Below, piece after piece: positions 1 to 11,639 of a DNA stretch of 64,000 bases. The notes below the pieces were generated by a model, which saw nothing but the letters and a program-made list of their open reading frames with translations, made no database searches and was not told the DNA's origin. Position 1 is the stretch's first letter; every line of letters starts with the position of its first letter. The position numbers were made by a program, and so were the translations under genes. Origin of the DNA: Narcine bancroftii. Taxonomy: Eukaryota. The stretch lies in assembly GCF_036971445.1 (NCBI RefSeq), contig NC_091473.1:200074001-200138000 (forward strand), in the 5' to 3' direction.

Positions 1-1267
1 TTGCCTGCAATGGAGAGCAACGTGATTCCCCTGTAGTTTGAGCAGTCTGATTTCTCGCCTTTGTTTTTGTACAGGGTGATGATGGTGGCATCACGAAGAT
101 CCTGAGGCAGTTTTCCTTGGTCCCAACAAAGCTTGAAAAACTCATGCAGTTTGGCATGCAGAGTTTTGCCGCCAGCCTTCCAGACCTCTGGGGGGATTCC
201 ATCCATACCTGCTGCTTTGCCACTTTTCAGTTGTTCGATTGCCTTATATGTCTCATCCAGGGTGAGAACCTCATCCAGCTCTAGCCTTAGGGGCTGTTGA
301 GGGAGCTGGAGCAGGGCGGAATCTTGGACTGAGCGGTTGGCACTGAAAAGAGATTGGAAGTGTTCTGACCATCGGTTGAGGATGGAGATCTTGTTGCTGA
401 GGAGGACTTTGCCGTCTGAGCTGCGCAGCGGGCTTTGGACTTGGGGTGAGGGGCCGTACACAGCCTTTAGAGCCTCGTAGAAACCCCTGAAGTCGCCAAT
501 GTCCGCGCTGAGCTGGGTTCATTTGGCGAGGCTAGTCCACCACTCATTTTGGATCTCCCGGAGTTTGCGCTGAAGATGGCTGCATGCGCGATGGAAGGCT
601 TGTTTCTTCTCTGGACAGGACGGCTTTGTAAGGTGAGCCTGGTGGGCAGCTCGCTTCTTTGCCAGCAGCTCCTGGATTTCCTGGCTGTTTTCGTCAAACC
701 AGTCCTTGTTTTTCCTGGAGGAGAAGCCCAGTACCTCTTCAGTGGATTGCAGTATGGTAGTCTTCAACTGATCCCAGAGGGTTTCAGGGGACGGGTCCGT
801 GAGGCGGGTTGCATCGTCGAGCTTTGCTTTGAGGTTTGCCTGGAAGTTTCCTCTCGCTTCGTCTGACTGCAGGTTTCCAACATTGAACCTCTTTCTGGGG
901 GCTTTATTGTTCCTGGGCTTTGGCTTGAAGTGAAGGTTGAGCTTGCAGTGAACCAGCCGGTGGTCAGTGTGGCATTCCGCGCTAGCCATGTCCCTGGTGT
1001 GGAGCACATCTCGTTTGTCACTTTCTCGCACCAGGATGTAGTCCAGGAGGTGCTAGTGTTTGGATCGGGGATGCATCCAGGTGGTCTTAAGGCTGTCCCT
1101 CTGCTGAAAAAGAGTGTTTGTAATGACAAGCCGCTGTTCTGCGCAGAGCTCCAACAGGAGGCGCCCATTGTCGTTGCACTTGCCGACGCCATGCTTGCCC
1201 AGGATTCCTGGCCAGGTTTCTGAGTCTTTGCCGACACGAGCGTTGAAGTCGCCCAGGATGACAACCT
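1..1267 (-). mobile_element. RTE-clade LINE, 3' portion (endonuclease C-terminal half, linker, start of RT), running off the window's left edge
   Basis: Minus-strand translation gives [39 protein letters not shown] and SDCSNYRGITLLSIAG. It contains a few premature stops. Confidence 0.92.
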
Positions 1268-1383
1268 CGGGCAGCGCTGTTGGGGAAAGGCCCTGGGCAG
1301 TTTCCTAAGGTGAAGAAGATGGTCTCTGTAATTTAAAAAAAACAAATTGTTGCACCTCATTTCTAATAGATTATTTACTGAAT

Positions 1384-1790
1384 GAGAGTGGGAGGCGGCG
1401 GCCCCAGTCCAGGCACAGGGTGAGCAGCAGCGGCCCCGGCCCCGGTCCGGGCGAAGGGTAGACGGCGGCGGCCCCGATACGGGCAGGAGAAAGGGGGAGA
1501 CGGCGGCCCCGGCCTCGGTCGAGTGAAGCAGGCGGAGGCCCCGGTCCGGGCAGGGAGTGGGAGGCGGCGGCCCCAGTCCGGGCACAGGGAGAGCAGCAGC
1601 GGCCCCGGCCCCGGTCCGGGCGAAGGGTAGGCGGCGGCGGCGGCCCCGATCTGGGCAGGAGCAAGGGGGAGACGGCGGCCCCGGCCTCGGTCGAATGGGG
1701 CAGGCGGAGGCCCCGATCCGGGCAGAGAGTGGGAGGCGGCGGCCCCAGTCCAGGCACAGGGTGAGCTGCGGCGGCCTCGGCCCCGGTCCG
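1384..1790 (+). repeat. ~169-bp GC/CpG-rich 5'UTR monomers (2 full + 1 partial)
   Basis: GAGTGGGAGGCGGCGGCCCCAGTCC recurs at ~1386, 1555 and 1727. Confidence 0.9.
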
Positions 1791-2014
1791 GGCAGTATGG
1801 ACCGACCTAGGAGGGGAGGCAGGCCCCTCCAGCCCGGGTAAGAAACCTGCATAGGAGAAGGCCACTCCGATATAAAACCTACGACCCAAGGACCTCGCTG
1901 CCACGTCCCAGCTTGCTTGGCCACGGCACACGAACCATGGGTGTAAAGGGTGGGGCCAGTACTGCGCGCACTGCACTCCACCTAAAAGCTCCTTTGCGCA
2001 GGCCCGAGGACAGG

Positions 2015-2224
2015 TCCACGTCCTCCCCCTCCACGTCCTCCCCCTCCACGTCCTCCCCCTCCACGTCCTCCCCCTCCACGTCCTCCCCCTCCACGTCCTC
2101 CCCCTCCACGTCCTCCCCCTCCACGTCCTCCCCCTCCACGTCCTCCCCCTCCACGTCCTCCCCCTCCACGTCCTCCCCCTCCACGTCCTCCCCCTCCACG
2201 TCCTCCCCCTCCACGTCCTCCCCC
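2015..2224 (+). repeat. 15-bp VNTR (TCCACGTCCTCCCCC)x14, in frame with the RTE ORF
   Basis: Perfect tandem array read directly from the sequence. Confidence 0.97.
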
Positions 2225-2665
2225 TCAAAAGATGCTCACAAACTCAAGCTAGCATGCTGGAACATCAGAACCATGCTAGACAAGGCTGACAGCCACCGAC
2301 CTGAACGTCGGTCTGCCCTCATTGCACATGAACTCCTCAGACTTGACATCGACATAGCCGCTCTCAGTGAAGTCCGCCTGGCAGATATAGGCAGCCTCCA
2401 AGAACGCGGCGCGGGCTACACACTCTACTGGTCTGGCAAGCCTTCGGATGAACGACGCCTATCTGGTGTAGGCTTCATGGTCAAGAGCTTCATTGCCTCC
2501 AAACTCGAAAACCTTCCGACAGGCCTCTCGGACCGAATCATGTCCATGCGACTCCCCCTTCAAAACAAGCGTCACATCACCCTCATCAGTGTCTATGCTC
2601 CAACCCTCCAGGCGGAACCAGCAGAAAAGGACAAGTTCTACACCGACCTGCGCAACCTCATCCAA

Positions 2666-3700
2666 ACCATATATAGCAAGGTGCATTAACCATGGCCCCT
2701 AACCTCCAAAATCCAATCTCCCCATCTCCAATCACCTTTTTTATTTTTGTCTCTAGCCTCCTGGATCTTCTCTCTATACTTTTTAGTATGGACTGCAAAA
2801 TCCGAGATATTAGCTGATTCATCCGGGATGTATGTGCAACATTCAGTGCCAATTAAAGCACAAGTCACCCCCTCTTTCTGCTAAAATAAAATGAAGGGCC
2901 ATGCGATTTTGGAGGACTGTAAGTCGCATGGCGGCCATCTCTGTATTTATTGCCCGGACGTGAGATTGGGCTTCCCCAAGCGCCAGGTCCACAGCATTTA
3001 CTAGTTCATCTAGGGTGGCTGCTAATTCTTAAATCTCAACCTCAGCTCGTGTGGCTCCATATGTCGGGAAAAATGTCCGCATAAGATAATCGCCTTCAGC
3101 CACCCTTTTTTTGCTTTGCCCATGGGACGAGACTAGTACAGGTTAAGAACACTGTCATGGGGAATTATATAGGCCAGGTACAACATCCACACCAACCTTT
3201 AGGTGTACGGGTCAATTTAAACCCTTTCGTCTGATTCTAACATTCCTTTTCCCCAGGTAACCATGAATAAATTTTACGTCCATACACCCAATATGTGCCA
3301 TTTACAGGCTGCGGGATTCAGTCGTGTGACGGTCCAATTCTGCATGTAATTGGAAACTCCTAGTTGGTTCCTCAAAAGGAAGCAACACTCCAGAGTGAGT
3401 AGTTGCTAACTTGGTTTGTTTTGGTCGTATAGACGACCCTTTGTATTTATCTTCAGTGGTTGGATCACTGTTGTTGGGCAAGGTATATATATCAAATAAT
3501 TCATGTAGGGAGAGAGGGACTGCTACTAAGGGGACTCCTGACTTGCCATGGTGTGGTATTTTCGCACATACCCAACAATCTGTTTGATTTTGGTTCTTAG
3601 CATAATTAGTACAGAGAGATAAAATAATTTTTAGGTTCAACACGCAAAGCTATGATATGTATAAGTACAAATTGAAATAGGGGAAAAGTTTCATTATTTT
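2666..3700 (-). pseudogene. env: Retroviral env remnant (SU QTDCWVC motif; TM immunosuppressive domain), cut at 2666 by the RTE insertion
   Basis: NQTDCWVCAKIP and RLTVLQNRMALHFILAE...CALIGTECCTYIPD, with a stop and a frameshift. Confidence 0.88.
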
Positions 3701-6700
3701 ACTTTTATTTTCTGTCCCTTTTTACTCCTCTTTCCTTCCTTCTGTGGCTGGTGGTGAGTCCACTGGTCTCTTTATTCTTGACGTGTGTGTCCACCCCTTT
3801 TCCTTCATTCGAACTGCTGTTTCTGTGGTCAACAGTACTAGGTATGGTCCGTTCCACCGGGGCTGAAGCTTTTCTTCTTTCCACGACTTGATCAGGACCC
3901 AGTCACCAGCATTCACAGAGTGGATAGGGAAATCCAGAGGAGGGCTCTGTGCCAGCAGACCCTTAGCTTTTAAATCTGCAAGAGAAAACACATCATTACT
4001 TTCAACTGTAGGTATTCCTTCTACCCGCCCCAAATATGGGAGTCCAAATAACATCTCATAAGGGGATATTCTAATGTCTTGTCGTAGGGCTGTCTGAATT
4101 CTGAGAAGAGCTATCAGTGAGTTCTCCTTCTGATGTCCTGGTACATGTACTATGGCAATTCTTTCTGGTTTGATTAATGCTTCTAAAGTCTTTTCAATTA
4201 GTTGCTCATAAGCCAGTTCTTTTCCTCTTGCTGTTATCATTCCCTGTTCTTTCCAAATTTTCCCAAATGTGTGTACCACTCCAAATGCATATTTCGAATC
4301 TGTATATATGGTACCTTCCTGCCCTTCCAACAGTTCCAGGGCTCTCATCAGGGCTTACAACTCACAGGACTGAGCAGACCAGCTGCAGGGCAGACACCCA
4401 GTTTCCATTTGGGTTCTGGTAACTCCATCAACGACAGCATATCCATTGTATCTCTTCCCACCTATACAGCTTGACGATCCATCTATGAACCACCGTTGTC
4501 CTTCTGAGTGAGGCTCCTCTTCTAAATCATCTCGACTTTTCGTTTTTTGTAGCTCGATCACCTCGCTACAGTCGTGCCCCGAGTCCACTGGTTCTTTATC
4601 TTCTCCTGACGAGTACAGGATCTATGAAGGGTTCAGACTTTTATCTGTACAAATCGTTGTCATCTTTTTCCATTAAGATTGCCTCATACTTTAAAATTCT
4701 CGAGTCTGTCAACCATCTGTGAGACTTCTGAGTTAAAATGGTTCTGATAGTGTGGGGAGTGAATACAACCAGACTCCCTCCAAAGGTAAATTTTCAGCTT
4801 TCTTTCACTAATACTGCAGTGGCTGCTACTGTTTGAATGCATTCTGGCCACCCTCGTGATACTGGGTCCAACATTTTTGAGAGGAATGCCACAGGTTGCC
4901 TTTGGCCTCCTCTTTTCTGAGCTAGCATTCCCAAAGCTATCCCTTTTTCCACATTTACAAACAAGTGGAAAGGCTGATTAATAACAGGCAAAGCCAGGAC
5001 CGGAGCATTAATCAAGTCTTTCTTCAAGCAATTAAATTCCTGCTGTTCCTCTAGGTTCCACTCCACATTTTCATTTTCGCTTCCCAGTTTTTCATATAAG
5101 AATCAGACTTTCTGTGCATATCTATCTATCCACAGTATCTATCTATCCACAGTCTACAATACCCAATTAATCCGAGGAACTTCCTTATCTCCTTCTGATT
5201 TTTCGGTAAAGGCAGACCGGTGATACCAGCAATTCGTTCAGGTCCGATTCTCTTTTTCCCTTGACTAATCAAGTGTCCCAAATACCTTACTTCCTGTTCG
5301 ACCAACTGCTGTTTGTTCTTAGAAACTCTTAACCCTTTCTCTCCCAAGAAGTTTAGCAACTCAATAGTGGATTCACGAACTTCATTTTCCTTTGTTCCTG
5401 AAATCAACAGATCGTCTACTTACTGTATTAACTGTGTTCCCGGAGTGTATGGGTGTTCTTCTAAAACTTGTCCAAATAGATTGGGAGATTCTGTAAACCC
5501 TTGGGCGAGGACTGTCCATTGATACTGCTGTATCGAGTGGGTCCTCCCACTCGAATGCAAACAAGTCCCAACTATTCTCATCCAAGGGGCAACTCCAAAA
5601 AGTATCTTTCAAATCTACAACTGTAAACCACTCGTGTTCCGGGGGAATTCGATTCAATATGTTATAAGGGTTTGGGACTACTGGATATCGTGTCTGAACA
5701 ATCTTATTTAATTCTCGTAGATCCTGGACCAACCGGAAAGTCCCATCCGTTTTCCGTTCAGGGAGGATAGGGGTGTTATAAGGGGATGTGCAACTTTCTA
5801 GCATTCCATCTCGCAGCAAATTTTCAATAATCGGCTGAAGGCCTCTTCGTCTTTCTACAGAAATAGGATACTGTTTCATCCGTACTGGCTGGAACCCCTC
5901 CTTTAGGGTTATTTTGAGTGGGGCTATTTGCAGTCCTCCCGTTTCCCTCTCCGGCCCAGACACAGTCCCCAATGTCCTGGATATCCTCTTCCCTCAACAG
6001 GTACAATTTCACCATTATATGTCCTTCCACTGTACCAACTCCTATTCTAATTTGCAGATCTTGTCCTATCAGATTCACCCCAGCTTGAGGAACCAGAATC
6101 AGGTCTTCAATTGCCTCCCTGTCTTGATACTTCACACGGACCCCCTTGATCAGAGGGGTCTTCATGACTCTCCTCCGTACTCCCGATACCTTTAATTGTG
6201 GACTAGTGAATCTAACTCACTCCGGTATAATGTTTAATGATGATCTAGTAGCCTCTGTGTCCACCAGAAAAATGGCATCCTTTTTGTTGGGTCCCACCTG
6301 GAAGAAACCCCCGATCCCACTAATCCTCCCCAAAAGTCATCAGAGGGATATCATCCCTTTCCCTCTTTAATTCGAGACATTCCTGTTTGAAATGTCCCAC
6401 TTTCCCACAATAGTAACCCCCTGCCTGCTGGGGTTACCCAAAACTCAAGTACATCAACATAATAACAATCGGAACATTTCCATCGCTCAATTTCTCTATC
6501 AGAGGCGTCCCTCTGGTGGAGTCTAATCACCTGGATGGAAGGTATAAGGCTTGTTGAGGAGGACTCATGTTGAACTAAATCTTTGGGGTCCCAATCTTGA
6601 TAACCCTTTCGATACTTTATCTGCTGCCTCATTAAGTTAAGAAATCACATCTTTATCATGGGTATGTGCTCAACTTTAAATTGCAAACAAATTGGTATCT

Positions 6701-8161
6701 TGTGTGGCCCTTTTAAGAGTATTCCTGGCTGTCTTCGTTCTCTTCAGAATACGACAGTTTTCTGCACAAACTGGCTGCGTTATCTCTTCTTCTGGGCTTT
6801 CTGCCAATTTGCCTTATGTTTCCTAACTGCCTTATGTTTTTATGCTGAGTTCTCTCTGTCCTCATTGAGAACAGCTTAAATTTTAAACTGTGCAAATGCA
6901 GACAAACATGCTTTCCCTCTTGAATTTTCCACAGACTTTAAATCTTAACTTCTTTGTTACAGTGGCTGGATGATTTATCATGGCTCTGTGTTCAAGCACT
7001 AACAGAATCTGAAAAAACTTTGGGTATTGCTGGCTAGGGGTCTAGATACAGGCAGATGATATGCTAGGGTGGTCCTTAGGGGGTCCCCGAGGAGTACTCA
7101 GGGTCACTCGTCTCTCCTTCTTTCATCAGCCTTAGGACTTCCATTTACGTAGTCTTTGTTTATCCTCCTGTGCAGGAGGCTTCTCCTGCCTACCCTTTGC
7201 TTTTTTCCTTTCCTGATTTTTCCTGTCCTGCTCCTTTCTATGTGCACATTCTTTCTGGAGGGCATCCACAGGTTTACTGTCCCCCCTTCTGCCAGTTTTA
7301 CAGTGTTAGTTTGGCAACCTGCAAGCCGATCTCTTTTCTTTCTTGTGCTTACAAGCGTCAGTTTCCAATGAGCTCTTTAATGAATTCATCATCTCAAGTT
7401 ACCCCCCCCCACCCCCCAAACGGCCTCTCTCACCTGTTGCTCTTCCTCGGGAGGGATATCACCAGCATCCTGGTGATTCTCCCCTCCCCTCTGACTGTCA
7501 TACAGTAGGGGCAGGTGTTTCAAAGGATCCCAGGGAGGTTCATCTTCCTCATTTTTCACAGCAACCTTAAACAATTCGGACACTTGGATCCAACACGCTG
7601 CATAATCTGACTCCTCTGGGTCTGGAGGACTTCTTTCATTTATGAATAAATTTAATTCCTGACATATCCAATCTTCATCTGACCCCAGTTGGGGCCATCA
7701 AACCAAAGACCCCAGAATCGGAGTCTGAGGCCATTTGTAATAACAAAACTTTATCATATTTTCCTTAATCTTTCCCTGGGTCCTTCACCAACCCCAGTTT
7801 CCTAACTGCCGTCCCAACGGACTATCGGGCGGAATGTCACTCTGGAGTCCCTTCTTCTCTTGGGTATTCTTATTACCCATATCCCTGTCAGATCACTCAC
7901 TCCTGACAGAATCCCAGTCGCCGGAGTAGCACTAAATAGTCAATTTTTCTTACCCGGGTCTCGTGCACGAGAGTTGCCCCGATCGAACGACTTCCACTCC
8001 CTCTACCGGAGCTTCCCTAGGTCCTGTTCTTCAGAGTCTCCTGTCTGGTTATCTCTTGCTCAAACCACTGACAGCAAGCAAGGAAATCAGAGACCATTGA
8101 AATCAGTGGGGTGCACCTTTTCGTTCTCCGATAGCCAGTCGCCAAGTGGTGGGAGTTGAGG

Positions 8162-8179
8162 ATCCCAGACGATCCCCCA
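8162..8179 (-). other. Primer-binding site, tRNA-Pro (2 mismatches)
   Basis: Minus strand TGGGGGATCGTCTGGGAT versus the Pro PBS TGGGGGCTCGTCCGGGAT, 4 nt from the LTR end. Confidence 0.88.
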
Positions 8180-8183
8180 AGCT

Positions 8184-8476
8184 TGTGAAATATAAAGTGT
8201 TCAGAATCACTACTCTGGAGACAAAGTCTTGGAGAACAGGTTCAGCTTTATTTCGAGTCTGCAGAGTCAGGTGTCCCTGGTCTGGAGACACACCGGACGT
8301 TCAGAATCACCACTCTTTTGTACAGTCCCGCGCTCAACATCACCCCACCTTCATCCAATCAGAATCCCAATACATTACAACATTCTCTTTCTCCCTTCCA
8401 TCAATCCAGCTATCACTCAGTTCCTCCCTCTTCATACATCGCATGTTATGTTAATGAGTTCATTCCCTCCTTAGGG
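8184..8476 (-). repeat. 5' LTR of ERV copy A (U5/R side only, truncated)
   Basis: Begins TGTGAAATAT and is homologous to the full LTR at 51957-52550. Confidence 0.88.
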
Positions 8477-8670
8477 GTGTCTTCTTGGGGTGACTGTAAC
8501 TCTTCTCTATCACTGCCTCTGCTTCCCTTCAGTTCATCCAATTGCAGCTCAAGCTCCCTAACACGGTCACTCATTATATGCAATTGGATGCACCTTTTGG
8601 AGGTGTAGTCATCAGAAACAGCTGTGTTGTCTCTGACTTCCCACATCCCACAACTGGAGCACTTAACTAC
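8477..8670 (-). mobile_element. CR1-type LINE ORF1 fragment
   Basis: KCSSCGMWEVRD...KRCIQLHIMSDRVRELELQLDEL zinc-finger/leucine-zipper pattern. Confidence 0.7.
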
Positions 8671-8869
8671 CCCTGTAGCGCAAGAGAAAAAAGGAACTGA
8701 TGGTCATTTCTAAGGCATTAAAGTTCACTGAAGTCAAGCATTGGATGAGGAAAATACAAATAGAGGATGATAGTGAAATAGGTGAGGGAAAATTTGTTAA
8801 TAAAGACAGATAATTTTTCGGAGGATAGAAACGGAACTTTGAGTTGCAGAAACAACATAATAAGGCAGA

Positions 8870-9130
8870 GGAAGCAGGCACCAGACCTCACCTCAAGAAC
8901 ATCTACATGAGGCAGTGTCTTAAAAAAGCAGCCTCTATCCTTAAGACCCCACCACCCAGGCCATGCCCTCTTCACTGCTACCATTGGGGAAAATATTCAG
9001 GAGACAAAAATGAGCACTCAGTGACACAAGGACAGCTTCTTCCCCACTGACATCAGATTCCTGAATAATCAATGAACCAAACACACGGCCTTACTTTTCG
9101 TGCCCTATTATTGTTATTATATTTTTTTTT
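8870..9130 (+). mobile_element. Rex1/Babar-type LINE 3' fragment
   Basis: CLKKAASILKDP..PGHALF-like C-terminus. Same family as 33475-33960. Confidence 0.7.
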
Positions 9131-10034
9131 GATAATGTTGTGGTAGGTTGTGTTTTCACATTTTTACTCATCAGGGAAACTTCAGGAATCAGCTCGAAAA
9201 AAGGGCTGAAAAGTGCCAGATGGATTTAATGCAACAAGTGTGAGGTGTTGCATTTTGAAATGACAAACCAAGTTAGGACATACATGGTAAATGGTAGGGC
9301 ACTGAGGCGTGTGGTAGAACATGGGGATCTGGGAATATCAATGTTGCTGGGACTTTCAGAACTTGCAAATAACTGTACATTTTTCAATATTTTTTCTGAA
9401 TCTATGATCTCTCTATTTTCAACCACAGACCCTAAATCCTGCAGGAAGGGGTGAATGCAGTGAACTGAGATTCACTAGTGATGTGTTGTACTTATGGCTG
9501 GCTTCACCCCCATATATAACCCTGGTTTCCCACCTAAACCGCAAGACCTTCTGAAGACCCTACCCTCAGTTATAAGCTAATAAAAATGTGTGTTCTCCAG
9601 TTGTGAGAGCTTTTATTCATGCTACACTTACCTACTGTGGAAGAGAGCCCCATGGTCCATCGCACCTGCACCAGATCCTTAGTCACATGTTTGACTGGAA
9701 GGTTTTCCCTCACTACATCAATGGTTCAGGACATTCTGATGACAACGCTGCATTTCTAATTTTGGATGCTGTAAACTCAACCTGCGACCTGCAAGATCTC
9801 ATCTCTCTTCCTGCCAATGTCATCAGTACCACAATGAACCACCAACTCTGGCTGCTCCTTCTCCCCGTCCAGGATACTGGACCCTGAACCTGCTGTGAAA
9901 CAGCCGTGACCCTGGCACCAAGGAGGCAACTCCCCTTCCTGGATCGTACAAGTGCGTGTCTGTGTCCCAGACCCCAGAGTCCCCAGTCTCTGGGAGCAAT
10001 ATTCTGTAATAGTGTAAAGACTGTATTGTGAGGG

Positions 10035-11635
10035 TAAAGAAATGTCTAATTTGAATTTTGCAACTTTTAATGTACAGGGATTGAATAATCCAATTAAGTG
10101 TAAACGTGTATTGGCTTATTTCAAAAAAAGAAAGTTGATATTGTCTTTTTACAAGATACACATTTGACTGAAAAAGAACATTTAAAATTGAAGAGAGTTT
10201 GGGTTGGATATGTGATTGCTTCTTCTTTTAATTCTAAAGCAAGGGGTGTAGCAATTCTGATTCATAAGAAACTATGATTTGAGTTGAAATCATTTACGAA
10301 GATTGCTGGTTGGGTTTTGATGGTGAATTGTAAAATTTTTGCAGAACCATGGACATTGTTGAATATTTATGCACCTAATATGGATAATGATCGATTTATA
10401 TCTGAGGCTTTCTTAACATTAAATCAGGCCAATTAAAATATTTTGATTGGAAGGGATTTTAATTGTGCTTTGGATCCATTACTGGAAAGTATAAGGAAAT
10501 CAAAGATGGCGATATAAATGGGATCTTTGGAGATGAAAGATTTGAATTTAGTTGAAATTTGGAGAATAAATCTGACAGAAAAGGACTTTTTTTATTCATC
10601 TAGACATGATTCATTTTCTGGAATAGATCTGTTCTTGATTTCAGCACATTTGCAGGCTGGAGTGTGCAGGCTGAATATAAGAGTAGGGTGATATCCAATC
10701 ATTCTGTGTTGTTTATTTCTTGTGTAAATTCTGAAGTGTTGCAATCAACTGACCGGTGGAGATTTAATGTAATGTTATTGAAGAAATCAGAGTTTATTAC
10801 TTTTGTTAAGGAACAGATTGCTTTACTTTTGGCTGAAAATGCTAATTCAGTTAGTAGTAATTTTGTAATGTGAGATGCTTAAAAGCATATTTGCCTGGTC
10901 AAATTATTAGTTATTCTACAAAAGTGAAAAAACAGTATCTGGTGGAAAGTTTGGCATTGGAGAAACAAATTACTGAGTTAACCATTTACGGAGCGGAAAC
11001 AGGCCATGTTGGCCTTTCGAGTCCGCACAGGTTCACTGATTTTGTGAGCCCTCTTCAGGTGGAAAAGGAATTTCAGAAGAAGGTTACAGAAGATAAGAAA
11101 GTAGCATTAACTAAGTTGAAATTACATTATAATACTTTACAAACATATTAGTAAGAGCAATTAATTCAAAGATCTAAGCAACATTATTATGAGTTGGGTG
11201 AGCGGGCTCATAATTGTCAATAGCTTGACAATTAAAAATGGAACAAGTATCGAGGACTATTAATGCTGTTAAAAATAATTCAATAGTTACCTATAAACTT
11301 CAGGAAATTAATTACCAATTTTATTCATTTTATCAGAAATTATATACTTCTGAGGGAAATCAGGATGATGGTTCTATTGAATCCTTCTTATCTAAGTTAA
11401 ATTTTAGGGGAGGAAGAGGTAAAGGATTTGGAAGCTCATTTTACAGATTTTGAGATTAAAGAAGCTATACAAGAGATGTCAAATGGAAAGTCACCAGGCG
11501 ATGTCGATTTTCAGTGGAATTTTATAGTGTTTTATGAAGATTTATCTCTACATTTAAGGATGTGTTGCAACAAATAACTGAGGATCAGTCACTACCGAAT
11601 CTTGTTCAAATGCTCTAATTACAGTGATTCCAAAG
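10035..11635 (+). mobile_element. L1-clade LINE ORF2 fragment (endonuclease to start of RT), degenerate, with a short CR1/SINE tail inserted at ~10980-11058
   Basis: KVDIVFLQDTHLTEKEHLKLKR, SSFNSKARGVAILIHK, LNIYAPN and GKSPG motifs with many stops. Confidence 0.85.
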
Positions 11636-11639
11636 GACA

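Larger units (their letters stand above)
1384..2665 (+). mobile_element. RTE-clade LINE, 5' portion (5'UTR monomers, 15-bp VNTR, endonuclease N-terminal half), inverted relative to 1-1267
   Basis: ORF from ACCATGG (ATG 1937) runs through (SSPST)n into LACWNIRTM...IDIAALSEVR...ISVYAPT...KFYTDL. Near-identical to the copy at 61072-64000. Confidence 0.92.
2666..8476 (-). mobile_element. ERV copy A (gamma/epsilon-like), degenerate: partial 5' LTR, PBS, gag, pro-pol (integrase core deleted), env
   Basis: Gag zinc knuckle YYCGKVGHFKQEC followed by a TAG before the protease FLVDTEA. RT motifs SPYNTPILP, LVQDLRELN, VVDLKDTF, VDDL. RNase H WFIDGSS and IYTDSKYAFG. Integrase C-terminus PRWNGPYLVLLTT. 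Env TM LQNRMAL...ECC. Confidence 0.93.

Noticed and set aside
1795-1945. Possible self-cleaving ribozyme in the RTE 5'UTR (HDV-like ACCCAAGG/CGAA-CCATGGGT pairing; twister-like AGCCCGGGTAA)
   Set aside because: I could not build the remaining helices by eye. An Infernal/Rfam search would be needed to settle it.
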